A stretch of DNA of 62,510 bases, filler included, from Nitrospinota bacterium (GTDB lineage Bacteria; JAUXIQ01): the NCBI GenBank assembly GCA_030620925.1. It is 7 parts of 7 records of this genome, joined end to end, with 100 filler letters (N's around TTAATTAATTAA, not from the genome) between each part and the next. Parts side by side here need not be neighbours in the genome. Positions count along the whole stretch, not along the records: positions 44,610 to 52,936 come from JAUXIQ010000070.1; positions 53,037 to 59,117 come from JAUXIQ010000136.1; 5 more parts are not named here. One strand, given 5' to 3'. Positions 48,384-58,562 of the stretch are shown one piece after another. Under the pieces are notes generated by a model. That model saw nothing but the letters and a program-made list of their open reading frames with translations. It ran no database searches and was not told the origin of the DNA. Position 1 is the stretch's first letter. The number at the start of each line of letters is the position of its first letter. A program made the position numbers and the translations under genes.

Positions 48384-49562
48384 TTATACGATCTTTTCGC
48401 TGCGAAGCCTTTTGATCTCGTCCGCGTCGTATCCCAGTCCGGTCAGAATTTCATCGGTATGCTCTCCCAACGCGGGCGGCGGTTCCAGCTTCGAGGGGGT
48501 TGCGGACATTTTGATGGGGAAGTCCATCAGTTTCACTTTCCCCGCCATGCTCTCCATCTCTTTGATCAGGCCCCGATGCAGGGTCTGAGGATGTTCCAGG
48601 ACTTCCTTCAGGTTGTTCACACGGCCGCAGGGTATGCCCGCCTCGCTGAACTTCTCCAGCCAGTATGCGCTTTCGTGCTCGGCGATCATCCTCCCTATCT
48701 CGTCGTGCAGTCGGTCTTTGTCCTCCAGCCGTCCGGTGTTGCTCTTATATTTCTCTTCCCGCCGCAGGTCTTCCCTGTTCAGCAGGCGGCAGAGCTTCTC
48801 CCAGGCATCGTTGGTGGCCACGGAGAGCTGGACGTAGCGGCCGTCCCCTGCTACGAAGGCCCCGTAAGGGGCCAGCAGGTGATGCTTCAGGCCCACCCGG
48901 GACGGCATCTCGCCCAGGTACCAGTGCCGGAAGGGGAAATAGCCCAGGATGGATACCATGCAGTCGAACATGGATACGTCGAGGAACTGGCCTTCCCCCG
49001 TTTCCCGCCTGAAATTGAGGGCGGCCGTGATGGAGTATGCCGAGAAGATGCCGGCCACGGTGTCGGCGATGGAGAGCCCCACCTTGGCGGGCTCTGCCTC
49101 GGAACCGGTGAGGTCTATGATGCCTGCTTCGCCCTGTATCAGGGCGTCCAGGGCGCGGGCGTCTCGATAGGGGCCGTCCTGGCCGTATCCGGAGATACTG
49201 CAATAGATGATGTCCTCCTTCACCTGTCTGACGGCAGGATAGTCCACGCCAAGCTTTTCAACCACCCCGGGGCTGAAATTTTCTACGAACACATCGGCTC
49301 GAGCGGATAATTTGAGGAGTATATCTCTGGCCTCCGCTTCCTTCAGGTTAAGGGTAATGCTTTTCTTATTGGGGTTGCACCACATGTGGGCGGAGCTGAA
49401 ACCGTCCACTACTTCGTCCCATCCTCTGGAGAAATCACCTCCGTCCGGCCGTTCCACCTTTATCACCTGAGCCCCCATGTCCCCCAGCAGCCGGGTACAG
49501 AGGGGTGCGCTCACCGATGAACCCAGGGAAACGACGTCGATGTTTTCCAATGCGTGCCTCAC
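48384..49562 (-). CDS. Family III (CaiB/BaiF) CoA-transferase
   Basis: LGDMGAQVIKVERP.GGD, NKKSITLNLK, ENFSPG, SISGYGQDGPY, PPALGEHT; probable GTG start at 49562 behind AAGGAG. Confidence 0.93.
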   Translation of the reverse strand: MRHALENIDVVSLGSSVSAPLCTRLLGDMGAQVIKVERPDGGDFSRGWDEVVDGFSSAHMWCNPNKKSITLNLKEAEARDILLKLSARADVFVENFSPGVVEKLGVDYPAVRQVKEDIIYCSISGYGQDGPYRDARALDALIQGEAGIIDLTGSEAEPAKVGLSIADTVAGIFSAYSITAALNFRRETGEGQFLDVSMFDCMVSILGYFPFRHWYLGEMPSRVGLKHHLLAPYGAFVAGDGRYVQLSVATNDAWEKLCRLLNREDLRREEKYKSNTGRLEDKDRLHDEIGRMIAEHESAYWLEKFSEAGIPCGRVNNLKEVLEHPQTLHRGLIKEMESMAGKVKLMDFPIKMSATPSKLEPPPALGEHTDEILTGLGYDADEIKRLRSEKIV

Positions 49563-49877
49563 TTGGTGACGCTCCTTATATATTGGTGATGAACCATTGA
49601 GCATGAGAACGACAATTTGAACACGGTTTTTTTATAACACAAATATGAGTGCGAGGGTAGTTGGCATTTTACGGTCCAGACCGTTTATCTTCGAGGGGTG
49701 AAAACCTTGAAAGAAGGGGCGAATACCGATTTAACGCATTTCAGAATACTAAATCCCTTGTGAGCCTCAACAAAATTATGTAATATTACTGTGCGATTTA
49801 CAAAAGGTGATGATTTCTTTTCTACCATATTATGCGAGGCGAAATTTGTTAACCGCCCTAAATTGGAGGGAAACGTA

Positions 49878-51389
49878 ATGGGACTATACGACCTCACCGT
49901 GTATGACATCATCAGGAAAAACGCCTCCAACTTCCCCAACGGGACCGCCACGATCGACAGTGAGAGGCGCTGCACTTTCAAAGAGTTCAAGGATATGGTG
50001 GACCCTGTGGCCGGCGGCCTGCTGGACGCCGGTGTGCAGAAGGGGGACCGCATAGCGGTATTGGCCAAGAACAGCCTGGAATACTTTGTTCTTTACGGCG
50101 CAGCGGCCAAGGTTGGGGCCATCATGCTGGTCATCAACTGGCGTCTTTCCGCTCAGGAAGTGGAGTTTATCTTGAACGACTGCGCCCCCAAACTGGTCTT
50201 CGCCGATGATGAATACCAGGCGATAATATCTCAGACGGCGGCCGGGGTGGATTCAGTGGAAAAATACTATGCCCTGGGGGAGGCCGGGGGTGATTACGCC
50301 GGTTTCGATTCGCTTTCCAAACCGGACAAGAGCGAGGAGATTGACGTGGGTTGGGACGACGGCTACGTCATCATCCATACCGCCGCCGTGGCGGGTGAGC
50401 CCAGGGGAGCATTGCTGAGCCATGGGAACTTAATCGTCTCTAATATAGAGAGCATGCACCGTATGGTGCTCACAGAGAACGACGTTAACCTGTGTACTCT
50501 CCCTCTGTTTCACGTTGCGGGTCTGGGAGCGGCCCTGGTGATGATGCATGCCGGGGGGGCGAACGTGATTATGCCCAAGTTCGACGCAGCGGAAGCCGCC
50601 CAGTGGATAGAGAAGGAGAAAGTTACCATGTTCTTCAACTTCGCTCCCATCTTGCAGATGATCCTGGATCAGGTCAATGAAAATTCCAGAGACGTCTCCA
50701 GCTTGAGACATATATCGGGCATGGACCTGCCGGAGAACATCCAGAAGTTCAAGGAGAAAGCGCCCCACGTCTGTTTCTGGGCGGGGTTCGGGCAGACGGA
50801 GACCAGCGGAGGGGTCACCGCTGCCACCTTTGATGAAAAGCCCGGCTCGGCGGGCAAGTTAAACACGCTGGCCAGGGTTATGCTGGTGGACGATCACGAC
50901 AACGAGGTGGAGGTGGGAGAACCCGGTGAGATCGCCGTAAGAGGTCCTCTGGTTTTCAAGGGATACTGGAAAAGAGATGAGGACAACGAATACACCTTCC
51001 GCAACGGCTGGCATCACACCGGCGACGTGGGTCGGTTCGACGAGCAGGGTTATCTCTGGTACGTGAAGCGCAAGGCCGAGAAAGAGCTCATAAAGCCGGG
51101 CGGGGAGAACGTCTATCCCGTCGAGGTGGAATCGGCGGTTATGGAGCACCCCTCCGTGGAAGAAGTCTCGGTCATAGGTATCAGGGACCTGAAATGGGGC
51201 GAGGCCATAAAGGCGGTCTGCGTCCTCAAGGAAGGGGCGTCGCTCACCGCTGAAGAGCTTATAGAGTTCGTGGGCGGTAAAATTGCGCGCTTCAAGAAGC
51301 CGCAGTACGTGGAGTTCGTGCCGTCGCTACCCAAGGACGAGGAAGGCGAAATTGACCGTGACAAAGTAAAGGAGCAGCACGCCAAATAG
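49878..51389 (+). CDS. AMP-binding acyl-CoA synthetase family protein with atypical motifs
   Basis: GFGQTE, GWHHTGDVG, KPGGENVYP; P-loop reads HTAAVAGEPRG; ATG 49878 follows GGAGGG. Confidence 0.9.
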   Translation: MGLYDLTVYDIIRKNASNFPNGTATIDSERRCTFKEFKDMVDPVAGGLLDAGVQKGDRIAVLAKNSLEYFVLYGAAAKVGAIMLVINWRLSAQEVEFILNDCAPKLVFADDEYQAIISQTAAGVDSVEKYYALGEAGGDYAGFDSLSKPDKSEEIDVGWDDGYVIIHTAAVAGEPRGALLSHGNLIVSNIESMHRMVLTENDVNLCTLPLFHVAGLGAALVMMHAGGANVIMPKFDAAEAAQWIEKEKVTMFFNFAPILQMILDQVNENSRDVSSLRHISGMDLPENIQKFKEKAPHVCFWAGFGQTETSGGVTAATFDEKPGSAGKLNTLARVMLVDDHDNEVEVGEPGEIAVRGPLVFKGYWKRDEDNEYTFRNGWHHTGDVGRFDEQGYLWYVKRKAEKELIKPGGENVYPVEVESAVMEHPSVEEVSVIGIRDLKWGEAIKAVCVLKEGASLTAEELIEFVGGKIARFKKPQYVEFVPSLPKDEEGEIDRDKVKEQHAK

Positions 51390-51434
51390 AACAGAACGGA
51401 TAATGGAAAACGACATGACATATAGGAGGTTCGA

Positions 51435-52367
51435 GTGAAAGAGAGCAGACTATGTTCGATGCTGGGGATTGAACACCCCATAATCCTGGGCGGCATGGGG
51501 GGGATAAGCGATGGGAGTTTGGCCGCCGCGGTATCCGAGGCCGGAGGACTGGGCACCATCGCCTCCATGAGCTATACGGCAGAGGAGTTGAAAGCTGAAA
51601 TTGATAAGGGCCAATCACTCACCGATAAGCCTTTTGCGGTGAACGTCTCCCTGCTCAGGCCCGACGCCGGGGACCTGATAGAAGCTGTCCTGGAGAAGGG
51701 GTTAAAGACGGTCATCACCGCCGCCGGCAGTCCCAAGAAATTCACCGCCGCGCTCAAAGACGGCGGTGCCACGGTGATGCACGTGGTGGCCAACGTCAGC
51801 ATGGCGATGAAAATTGCGGAAGCCGGGGTCGACGCCATCATAGCCGAGGGGACGGAATCGGGCGGCGTGGCCTCCAGAGAGGAGATCACCACCTTTACTT
51901 TGATACCTCAGGTGGTTGACGTAGTGGACATCCCGGTAGTGGCCGCAGGAGGCATCGGCGATGCCAGGGGTTACCTGGCCGCACGTGCCCTGGGGGCCGA
52001 GGGGGTCCAGGTGGGCACAATATTCCTGGCCAGCAAGGAATGCCAGACCATAGGCGACGTTTATAAGCACGTGCTCATAGAAGCCGACGACGCCGCCACT
52101 GGAATAGCCGGGCGGGGAGCCATAGGATTGCGCATGATCAAAAACGCCTTCTTCGATGAGGTTGAAAAAGCAGCCGCAGAAGGGAAATCGGGAGGCGAGC
52201 TGTTTCAATTCATGGAAAGCAAAATGGGAGCAGCCGCCAAGGATGCGGACAACGGTGCATTCGTATGCGGACAGGTTACCGGCATGATCAGGGAAATCAG
52301 GCCGGTGAAAGATATCATCCGGGACATCGTGGATGGTGCGGAGTCCGCTCTCAAAGAGTTGAATTGA
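51435..52367 (+). CDS. FabK/nitronate monooxygenase family flavoenzyme
   Basis: HPIILGGM, AAAVSEAGGLG, EGTESGG, VVAAGGIGD, GVQVGT. Confidence 0.9.
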   Translation: MKESRLCSMLGIEHPIILGGMGGISDGSLAAAVSEAGGLGTIASMSYTAEELKAEIDKGQSLTDKPFAVNVSLLRPDAGDLIEAVLEKGLKTVITAAGSPKKFTAALKDGGATVMHVVANVSMAMKIAEAGVDAIIAEGTESGGVASREEITTFTLIPQVVDVVDIPVVAAGGIGDARGYLAARALGAEGVQVGTIFLASKECQTIGDVYKHVLIEADDAATGIAGRGAIGLRMIKNAFFDEVEKAAAEGKSGGELFQFMESKMGAAAKDADNGAFVCGQVTGMIREIRPVKDIIRDIVDGAESALKELN

Positions 52368-52436
52368 AAAGAAAGAGCGGTGCCGGAAATTTAAAGCGAA
52401 TTTTCGGCCTGTTCTGTTTACCCCCGGGAGGTAACC

Positions 52437-52936
52437 ATGGAATACAATAAAATCCTTTACGGTAAAGAAGGGAAGGTAGTAACCATAACCCTGAACCGTC
52501 CCGATGCGCTGAACGCCATAGACCTTGAGCTGGAAAATGAGCTGCACCTGGCCCTGGACCAGGCCGATGCCGACGGTGAAGTGCGGGCCATAATAGTAAC
52601 CGGGGCGGGGAATGCTTTCTCCGCCGGTTACGACATGGCCGCAGATGATGACCTCATGGTTCCCGGGAGTAAGTCTACGGGCGAATACTTAAAGTGGTGG
52701 TGGGAAAACGACACCCAGAACGTGCAGAAGCTCATGCACATCTGGTATCTCAGCAAACCAGTCATCGCCGCAGTGAACGGATGGTGCATGGGAGGCGGTT
52801 TCTGGTATTCATTGGCTTGCGACATAACCATCGCCTCGGATAAATCCGTCTTCGCCCAACCCGAGGTGCGCCACATTTCCAACACCACCTTCCTTTTCGC
52901 GGCATTGGCCGGCTGGAAAGCGGCCCATCGCTATGC
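52437..52936 (+). CDS. Enoyl-CoA hydratase/isomerase (crotonase) family, truncated by the contig end
   Basis: ITLNRPDALNA, AFSAGYD, KPVIAAVNG, FAQPEV. Confidence 0.92.
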
Positions 52937-53036
52937 NNNNNNNNNNNNNNNNNNNNNNNNNNNNNNNNNNNNNNNNNNNNTTAATTAATTAANNNNNNNN
53001 NNNNNNNNNNNNNNNNNNNNNNNNNNNNNNNNNNNN
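52937..53036. other. Artificial contig linker
   Basis: N-run + TTAATTAATTAA + N-run. Confidence 0.99.
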
Positions 53037-53630
53037 CCGGACGCTGTACCTGGTTTAGAAAGCAGGGGGGCGGAACCTCATATTTCCGAAGAGAATATCG
53101 TCGTGGGCCAGCTGCAAAAGATCGGCGTATCACCGACGGAAGTGACAAAGGTGATTATGTCCCATCTCCATCAGGATCATACCGGCGGCATACAATTTTT
53201 CCCGGATGCCGAGATATATGTCCAGAAAGATGAATTTTCTTATGCACAATTTCCCAATGCTTTCCAGGCGGAAATTTACGACCCAGGAATATTTGATTTG
53301 CCCGATGTCAAATGGAATCTGCTGGAAGGCGATCAGGTTATTATTCCGGGTCTCACGGTGATGCTGGCGAACGGACACACTCCCGGTCTGCAGGGGTTGA
53401 TCATAGAGCTTCCGGAAAGCGGGTATTATCTGTTGGGAGCGGATTCCGTATATCTCAAGGAGAATATCGAAAATGCGCATCCTCCCGGAAATGTTTGGAA
53501 CACCATACTTGCCGAATATTCCATTAAACGGTTCAAGGCATTACAGTCCTTATTAGACGCGCAATTCTTTCCGGGACATGATTATGATTTTTATAATAAT
53601 GAGGTAAAGCTATGTGAAGCTTATTGTTAG
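53037..53630 (+). CDS. N-acyl-homoserine-lactonase-family MBL hydrolase, 3' fragment
   Basis: SHLHQDHTGG, GHTPG, FPGHD; frame is open back to the contig start. Confidence 0.8.
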   Translation, partial: PDAVPGLESRGAEPHISEENIVVGQLQKIGVSPTEVTKVIMSHLHQDHTGGIQFFPDAEIYVQKDEFSYAQFPNAFQAEIYDPGIFDLPDVKWNLLEGDQVIIPGLTVMLANGHTPGLQGLIIELPESGYYLLGADSVYLKENIENAHPPGNVWNTILAEYSIKRFKALQSLLDAQFFPGHDYDFYNNEVKLCEAYC

Positions 53631-53662
53631 TAACCATTTTCATTCAGGAGCGACAATATGCC

Positions 53663-54865
53663 TCAACTTCTGTACCAGGTGATTATCTTTTTCACGCCGT
53701 CTATCACGTCCTGAACGTCCCGCTCAGTCATGGTCGGAAACAGGGGAACGGAAAGGACTCTCTCCGAAGCATACTCGGCCTCCGGCAGCGAGCCCGGTTC
53801 ATATTTCAGCGTCTCTTTATAGTAGGGGTGGGTGTGCACGGCACGGTAGTGTATGCCTATTGCGATATTCTCCGCCTCCACAGCGTTCATAAGGTAGTCG
53901 CGGTCTTCCTTCAGCAACTCATTCTTTAAAATCAGAACGTACATGTGGTATCCGTTAACACAGCCGTCTTCCGCATCTTGCCTTAAAAGGCTCAGCTCGG
54001 GAACACCTTCGAACGCCTGGTTGTAGCAGCCGACTATCTCCCGCCTCTTTTCCCAGAGCGCGGGCAGACGCGCAATCTGATGAAGACCGATCGAAGCCTG
54101 GATATCGGACATATTGTATTTATAGCCGGGGTAGATTATATCCCAGTGGGCGTACCCTTTTTCGGTAAATCGCTTCCATGCATCACGGCTTATCCCGTGA
54201 AGGCTCAGCACCCTTATTTTTTCTTCCAGTTGGTCATCATCAGTGGTCAGCATTCCCCCCTCGCCGGTGGTCATATTTTTCGTAGAATAAAAGCTGAACA
54301 CCGTTAACGGACTGATGGTGCCGATCTTCCTGCCCTTATAAACGGTTTCCACGGCATGGGCGGCGTCTTCGATGACCAGCAGGTTGTGCCGCCCGGCGAT
54401 TTCCGATATGGCGTCCATATCGCATGCCTGGCCCAGAAAGTGGACGGGGATTATGGCTTTGGTCCTGGAAGTTACGCGCTCCTCTATTTTCGATGCATCG
54501 ATATTAAGCGTGCGGGGATCGACGTCGACAAAAACGGGCGTGGCACCCACGTGGACGATCACGTTGGCCGTGGCGGCGAAAGTCATGGGCGTGGTTATGA
54601 CTTCATCGCCCGGCCCTATACCTGACGCCACCAGAGAAAGATGAAGACCGGCGGTGCAGGAGTTGAGGGCAACGGCATGTTCGCAACCGCAATACTCCGC
54701 AAACAGTCTCTCGAACTCCTTGGTCTTCCCGGCCGTCGTGAGCCAACCCGATCGGAGGGTATCCAGGATTTCCCGCTCTTCCTCCTCACCCACCTGGGGG
54801 CGGTGAAAGTGCAGGAATTCCTCCCTGACCGGTTTCCCGCCTTCTATAGCAGGCCTGGTATCCAT
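53663..54865 (-). CDS. DegT/DnrJ/EryC1/StrS sugar aminotransferase
   Basis: NSCTAGLHL, IEDAAHA, FSFYSTKNMTTGEGG, GYKYNMSD. Confidence 0.95.
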   Translation of the reverse strand: MDTRPAIEGGKPVREEFLHFHRPQVGEEEEREILDTLRSGWLTTAGKTKEFERLFAEYCGCEHAVALNSCTAGLHLSLVASGIGPGDEVITTPMTFAATANVIVHVGATPVFVDVDPRTLNIDASKIEERVTSRTKAIIPVHFLGQACDMDAISEIAGRHNLLVIEDAAHAVETVYKGRKIGTISPLTVFSFYSTKNMTTGEGGMLTTDDDQLEEKIRVLSLHGISRDAWKRFTEKGYAHWDIIYPGYKYNMSDIQASIGLHQIARLPALWEKRREIVGCYNQAFEGVPELSLLRQDAEDGCVNGYHMYVLILKNELLKEDRDYLMNAVEAENIAIGIHYRAVHTHPYYKETLKYEPGSLPEAEYASERVLSVPLFPTMTERDVQDVIDGVKKIITWYRS

Positions 54866-54926
54866 ACAACCCCGCTGTTAATGGTTATCGAAGAAAACAC
54901 CGACACTATGGGGGAAAAGCACCCTA

Positions 54927-55958
54927 TCAGTAATATTCAACTTTGCCGTCTTTGGTCAGAATGGGAATGAAACGCATCCAGAGCTGGTTTTTCCACCATT
55001 CCGAGTTTTCCGCATACCATTCGGAGGTATATCGGAGCCCTTCCTCAAACTCGGTCTCGGCCTTCCAACCAAGGATTCTCTCCGCCTTGTCGGTAGACGA
55101 GATGTGCCTCTCCACCTGGCCCGGCCTGTCGGAAATATGCTCTACCACGGATGAGGATTCGCCGAAAATATCCAGCACTATTTCTACGATTTGAGTGAGA
55201 GATGTCTCCCGACCCGAACCCAGGTTGATGGTTTTCCCCCTTATCTTGTTTAAATCGCAGTGAATAAGCTCATCGATTGCCTTGCAGGTGTCCTGGACGT
55301 AAACCCAATCGCGAGTAGCCGAGCCATCACCATGAATAACTATGGATTCGTTGGTTATGGCCCCGGTTATGAATCTGGGGAGGGCCTTTTCCAGGTGCTG
55401 CCTGGGGCCGTACTGGTTGAAGGGCCTGATGATGACTGCGGGAATATTATAGGTAGCCATGTATGAATATACCAGGCGGTCGGCGCCCGCTTTGGAGCTG
55501 GCATAAGGACTCTTGGGGTTGAGGGGATGCTCTTCATCCATGGGGTTGGTGAGAGCCGTGCCGTAGACCTCGGACGTGGAGATGTATATGTAGCGCTCGA
55601 CACGGTCCATATTTTTAAGCACGGCGCTGGTCACCACCTGCGTTCCCATCACGTTAGTTTCAAAACAGGCCACTACGTCGAATATGGAACGCGAGACGTG
55701 CGACTCCGCGGCCAGATGGACAACTACATCGGACCTGCCGACCAGTTCGTTTACTATGGCGGAGTTTTTTATGTCCCCGTACCAGAACTCGAACCTCTCC
55801 CGCTCGGATTCTAAATCCACGGGTATATTGTTCAGGTCGCCGGCATAGGTCAGCAAGTCTAAGACCAGCATCTTGTAATCGGGATAATTGTTGCACAGGT
55901 ATTCGATCAGGTTGCTGCCGATGAAACCGGCGCCTCCGGTAACCAGAATGGTCTTCAT
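54927..55958 (-). CDS. NDP-sugar 4,6-dehydratase (RmlB-like extended SDR)
   Basis: TGGAGFIGS, LTYAG, HLAAESHV, STSEVYG, YASSK. Confidence 0.9.
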   Translation of the reverse strand: MKTILVTGGAGFIGSNLIEYLCNNYPDYKMLVLDLLTYAGDLNNIPVDLESERERFEFWYGDIKNSAIVNELVGRSDVVVHLAAESHVSRSIFDVVACFETNVMGTQVVTSAVLKNMDRVERYIYISTSEVYGTALTNPMDEEHPLNPKSPYASSKAGADRLVYSYMATYNIPAVIIRPFNQYGPRQHLEKALPRFITGAITNESIVIHGDGSATRDWVYVQDTCKAIDELIHCDLNKIRGKTINLGSGRETSLTQIVEIVLDIFGESSSVVEHISDRPGQVERHISSTDKAERILGWKAETEFEEGLRYTSEWYAENSEWWKNQLWMRFIPILTKDGKVEYY

Positions 55959-56659
55959 GAACTTCCCCTCGAAATTATTGACAGACTCTGAGGCCCGCAG
56001 TTGAAAAGCAGGTCCACTATCGACAGATGCGAAACAAACTCCCCGTAAAGCTGGGGGTAATCCGGATGTCGATAGTCCTGATATTCCACCTCGATTCCAC
56101 GGGCCGCAAACGCTTCTTCATCCATGTAATCTTTGGCGCTGTCCCCGGTAAGGTAGCGATCCGCTCCCAATTTCAGGCAAATATCCATCAGGCGTTCCAG
56201 CCTGTCGCCTTTAACGTTTAATTCTGAAGACAAGACGAACTCCGTATTTATCCCCAGCACCTTTGAAATGGACTCGACTAATTCTATATCCAGGTCCGCC
56301 AGCTTCATCCACTCCCTGGAATAAATACTCTCGAAAAGGCCGATATACTCTTTGAAATAGGGGCCCTTGGAATAGTTCTGCGCCAGCATCTTGAGATGCT
56401 TCGACGCCCAGGGAGTATTGTTGTTTATCTCAATCTCGTTTATGGCCGCCCCGAACCGATGCTTGGTGAGCACGGGAACAGTTATCCATTGTCCTCCTTG
56501 CGACGTCTTGATGCGGTTGCGGTTGCGCCAGCTGTTCTTGTCGTATTGCACATCGTCATAAAACACGAACGTATCGGCGCGTTCTATCTGGTCAAAATAC
56601 CCCAGCCATGGGAGGTAGCTTGGCTGCAAGACGACAACTCTCATGTGCTTACCCGTCAA
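55955..56659 (-). CDS. WbqC-family protein
   Basis: QPSYLPWLGYF, DDVQY, WRNRNRI, YPQ, LSIVDLLFNCG. Confidence 0.92.
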   Translation of the reverse strand: MTGKHMRVVVLQPSYLPWLGYFDQIERADTFVFYDDVQYDKNSWRNRNRIKTSQGGQWITVPVLTKHRFGAAINEIEINNNTPWASKHLKMLAQNYSKGPYFKEYIGLFESIYSREWMKLADLDIELVESISKVLGINTEFVLSSELNVKGDRLERLMDICLKLGADRYLTGDSAKDYMDEEAFAARGIEVEYQDYRHPDYPQLYGEFVSHLSIVDLLFNCGPQSLSIISRGSS

Positions 56660-58512
56660 CCCATATAAATATCATACCAGACCTGAAACGCCAGCAGCGA
56701 GAAAACCTTGTTTGCCAGGGATTGATCGCCTTCGTAAAACCGCCCCAACAGCCCCTGCACGTGCCGGGGGTTAAACAGGCCGTGTTTATCCAGCTCACCG
56801 GGACTCAGCACCTCACTAACATACTCCTTCAGCCCATTCAGCAGCCAGTCGTTAATGGGCATAACGAATCCCTCTTTTTTGCGAAAAACTATCTCTCGAG
56901 GCAAGTATTTAAGCGCCGCTTTTTTGAGGATATATTTCACCTCACCATCTTTAATCTTGAGCCTGCCGGGGATCCCCGCCGCCAGCCTGACGAATTTCGG
57001 GTCCAGGAAAGCGGTCCTGACCTCCAGTGAATGTGCCATGGAGAGCCTGTCCACGAAAGCCAGCACCTGGTCGGGGAAAATCCCCCGGAATTCGGCCTCC
57101 AGTATCCGGTTTGTGGCGTCCCGGGCGCCGGCCCCCCGGAAATATTCCCAAAGGTGCGACTGGGTGTCAAAATAGGATGCGATTTCCGCCATGGGGGTTG
57201 AATATAGCTCCTGCTTCTCTTCGTCTGTAAAGACCAGCAGTTTATAGCGCCACTTCCAATTCTCCGGCTCGGCCACGCGTTTCAAAAAATCCATGTTATT
57301 CTCAAAAAGCGGATAATCATCATATTGGGGATCGTTCGTCTTCTCGAAATTGACATAGTTCTCTATGGGCTGGGCGATGCGGTGTGAGAGGTAGCTGCCG
57401 AAAAGCTCGTCGGCGCCGTCGCCCGAAAGAGCGACCTTCACATGAGACCCTATCAACCGTGCCAGGAAATAGGTGGAAATAACCCCCGAAAAGGGCTCGT
57501 CGAAATGGGATATGATGCGGGGGTATTCCTCCTTAAAGTTGATGGAGCTGATGACTTCCTCGTGGTGTTCCGTGCCGTAGGTATCTGATACTTGGCGTGC
57601 ATACTCCAGGTCCAGCCGCTTGCCTTCCGAGAGGTCTTCTTCGCCGTAGACGAGCGTGAAGGTCTTGATGGGCCCCGAAGACGACTCTGCGGCCAGTGCG
57701 GTGGAGAGGCTGGAGTCCAGGCCGCCGCTCAGGAAAAACCCTATGGGAACGTCGCTGATAAGCCTCCGGCGGACGGCCTCTCGCAGGGTATCGATTATCA
57801 TGTCCGCCAATTCTTCCTCGTCGATTTTTTCGCTGTCCTCCATGGGGGAGAAGTCAGCCTGCCAGTACCTGGTAATCCGCACCGGCTCCCCAGGTTCATA
57901 AAAAAGGGCGCTTCCGGGCGGAAGCATGCTTATTCCTTTGAAGATGGTCAACGGATGGGGAACGTGCTTGTAGCTCAGGAAATAATGGAGGGCCTCACGG
58001 TTCAACTCTTTCTCGTATCCGGGAATCTTCAGCAGGCATTTAATCTCGGAGGCAAAATAAAGGTTCCCGTTCAGCGTCGTGTAGTAGAGCGGTTTCTTGC
58101 CGGTGCGGTCCCTGGCCAGGATGCCCCTCTTTTTCCCTTCATCCCAGAGGCTGATGGCGAAGAGGCCGTCAGCCTCTTCATAGAAGGCGTCACCGAGGCT
58201 TTCATAGAGATGGACGAGAACTTCCGTGTCGCAGCGCGTGCTGAAATTATGCCCCTCCTCGAGCAGTGTTTCACGCAGGGAGGGGAAATTATATATTTCT
58301 CCGTTCTGAGCCACCCAGATACTGCCGTCCTCGTTGCACAGGGGCTGCCTTCCTCCGGCTACATCAATAATGCTCAACCGGCGGGCGCCGATACAGAACC
58401 GCTCCCCCGAGACGACGTGTTCGTCGTCCGGCCCCCGGTGATGGATAAGAGGCAGCATCTTTTTGACGGTGTCGATATCCCCCGTCCCGAATGTCCCGCA
58501 AATTCCGCACAT
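56656..58512 (-). CDS. asnB: Asparagine-synthetase-type glutamine amidotransferase (probably glycan-amidating)
   Basis: N-terminal MCGI, HRGPD, NGEIYN, LSGGLDSS, SGDGADELF. Confidence 0.92.
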   Translation of the reverse strand: MCGICGTFGTGDIDTVKKMLPLIHHRGPDDEHVVSGERFCIGARRLSIIDVAGGRQPLCNEDGSIWVAQNGEIYNFPSLRETLLEEGHNFSTRCDTEVLVHLYESLGDAFYEEADGLFAISLWDEGKKRGILARDRTGKKPLYYTTLNGNLYFASEIKCLLKIPGYEKELNREALHYFLSYKHVPHPLTIFKGISMLPPGSALFYEPGEPVRITRYWQADFSPMEDSEKIDEEELADMIIDTLREAVRRRLISDVPIGFFLSGGLDSSLSTALAAESSSGPIKTFTLVYGEEDLSEGKRLDLEYARQVSDTYGTEHHEEVISSINFKEEYPRIISHFDEPFSGVISTYFLARLIGSHVKVALSGDGADELFGSYLSHRIAQPIENYVNFEKTNDPQYDDYPLFENNMDFLKRVAEPENWKWRYKLLVFTDEEKQELYSTPMAEIASYFDTQSHLWEYFRGAGARDATNRILEAEFRGIFPDQVLAFVDRLSMAHSLEVRTAFLDPKFVRLAAGIPGRLKIKDGEVKYILKKAALKYLPREIVFRKKEGFVMPINDWLLNGLKEYVSEVLSPGELDKHGLFNPRHVQGLLGRFYEGDQSLANKVFSLLAFQVWYDIYMG

Positions 58513-58562
58513 TGGATTTCACCACCGGATGGCAGGGTCGGTTGCACAGCACATGGAGACCA

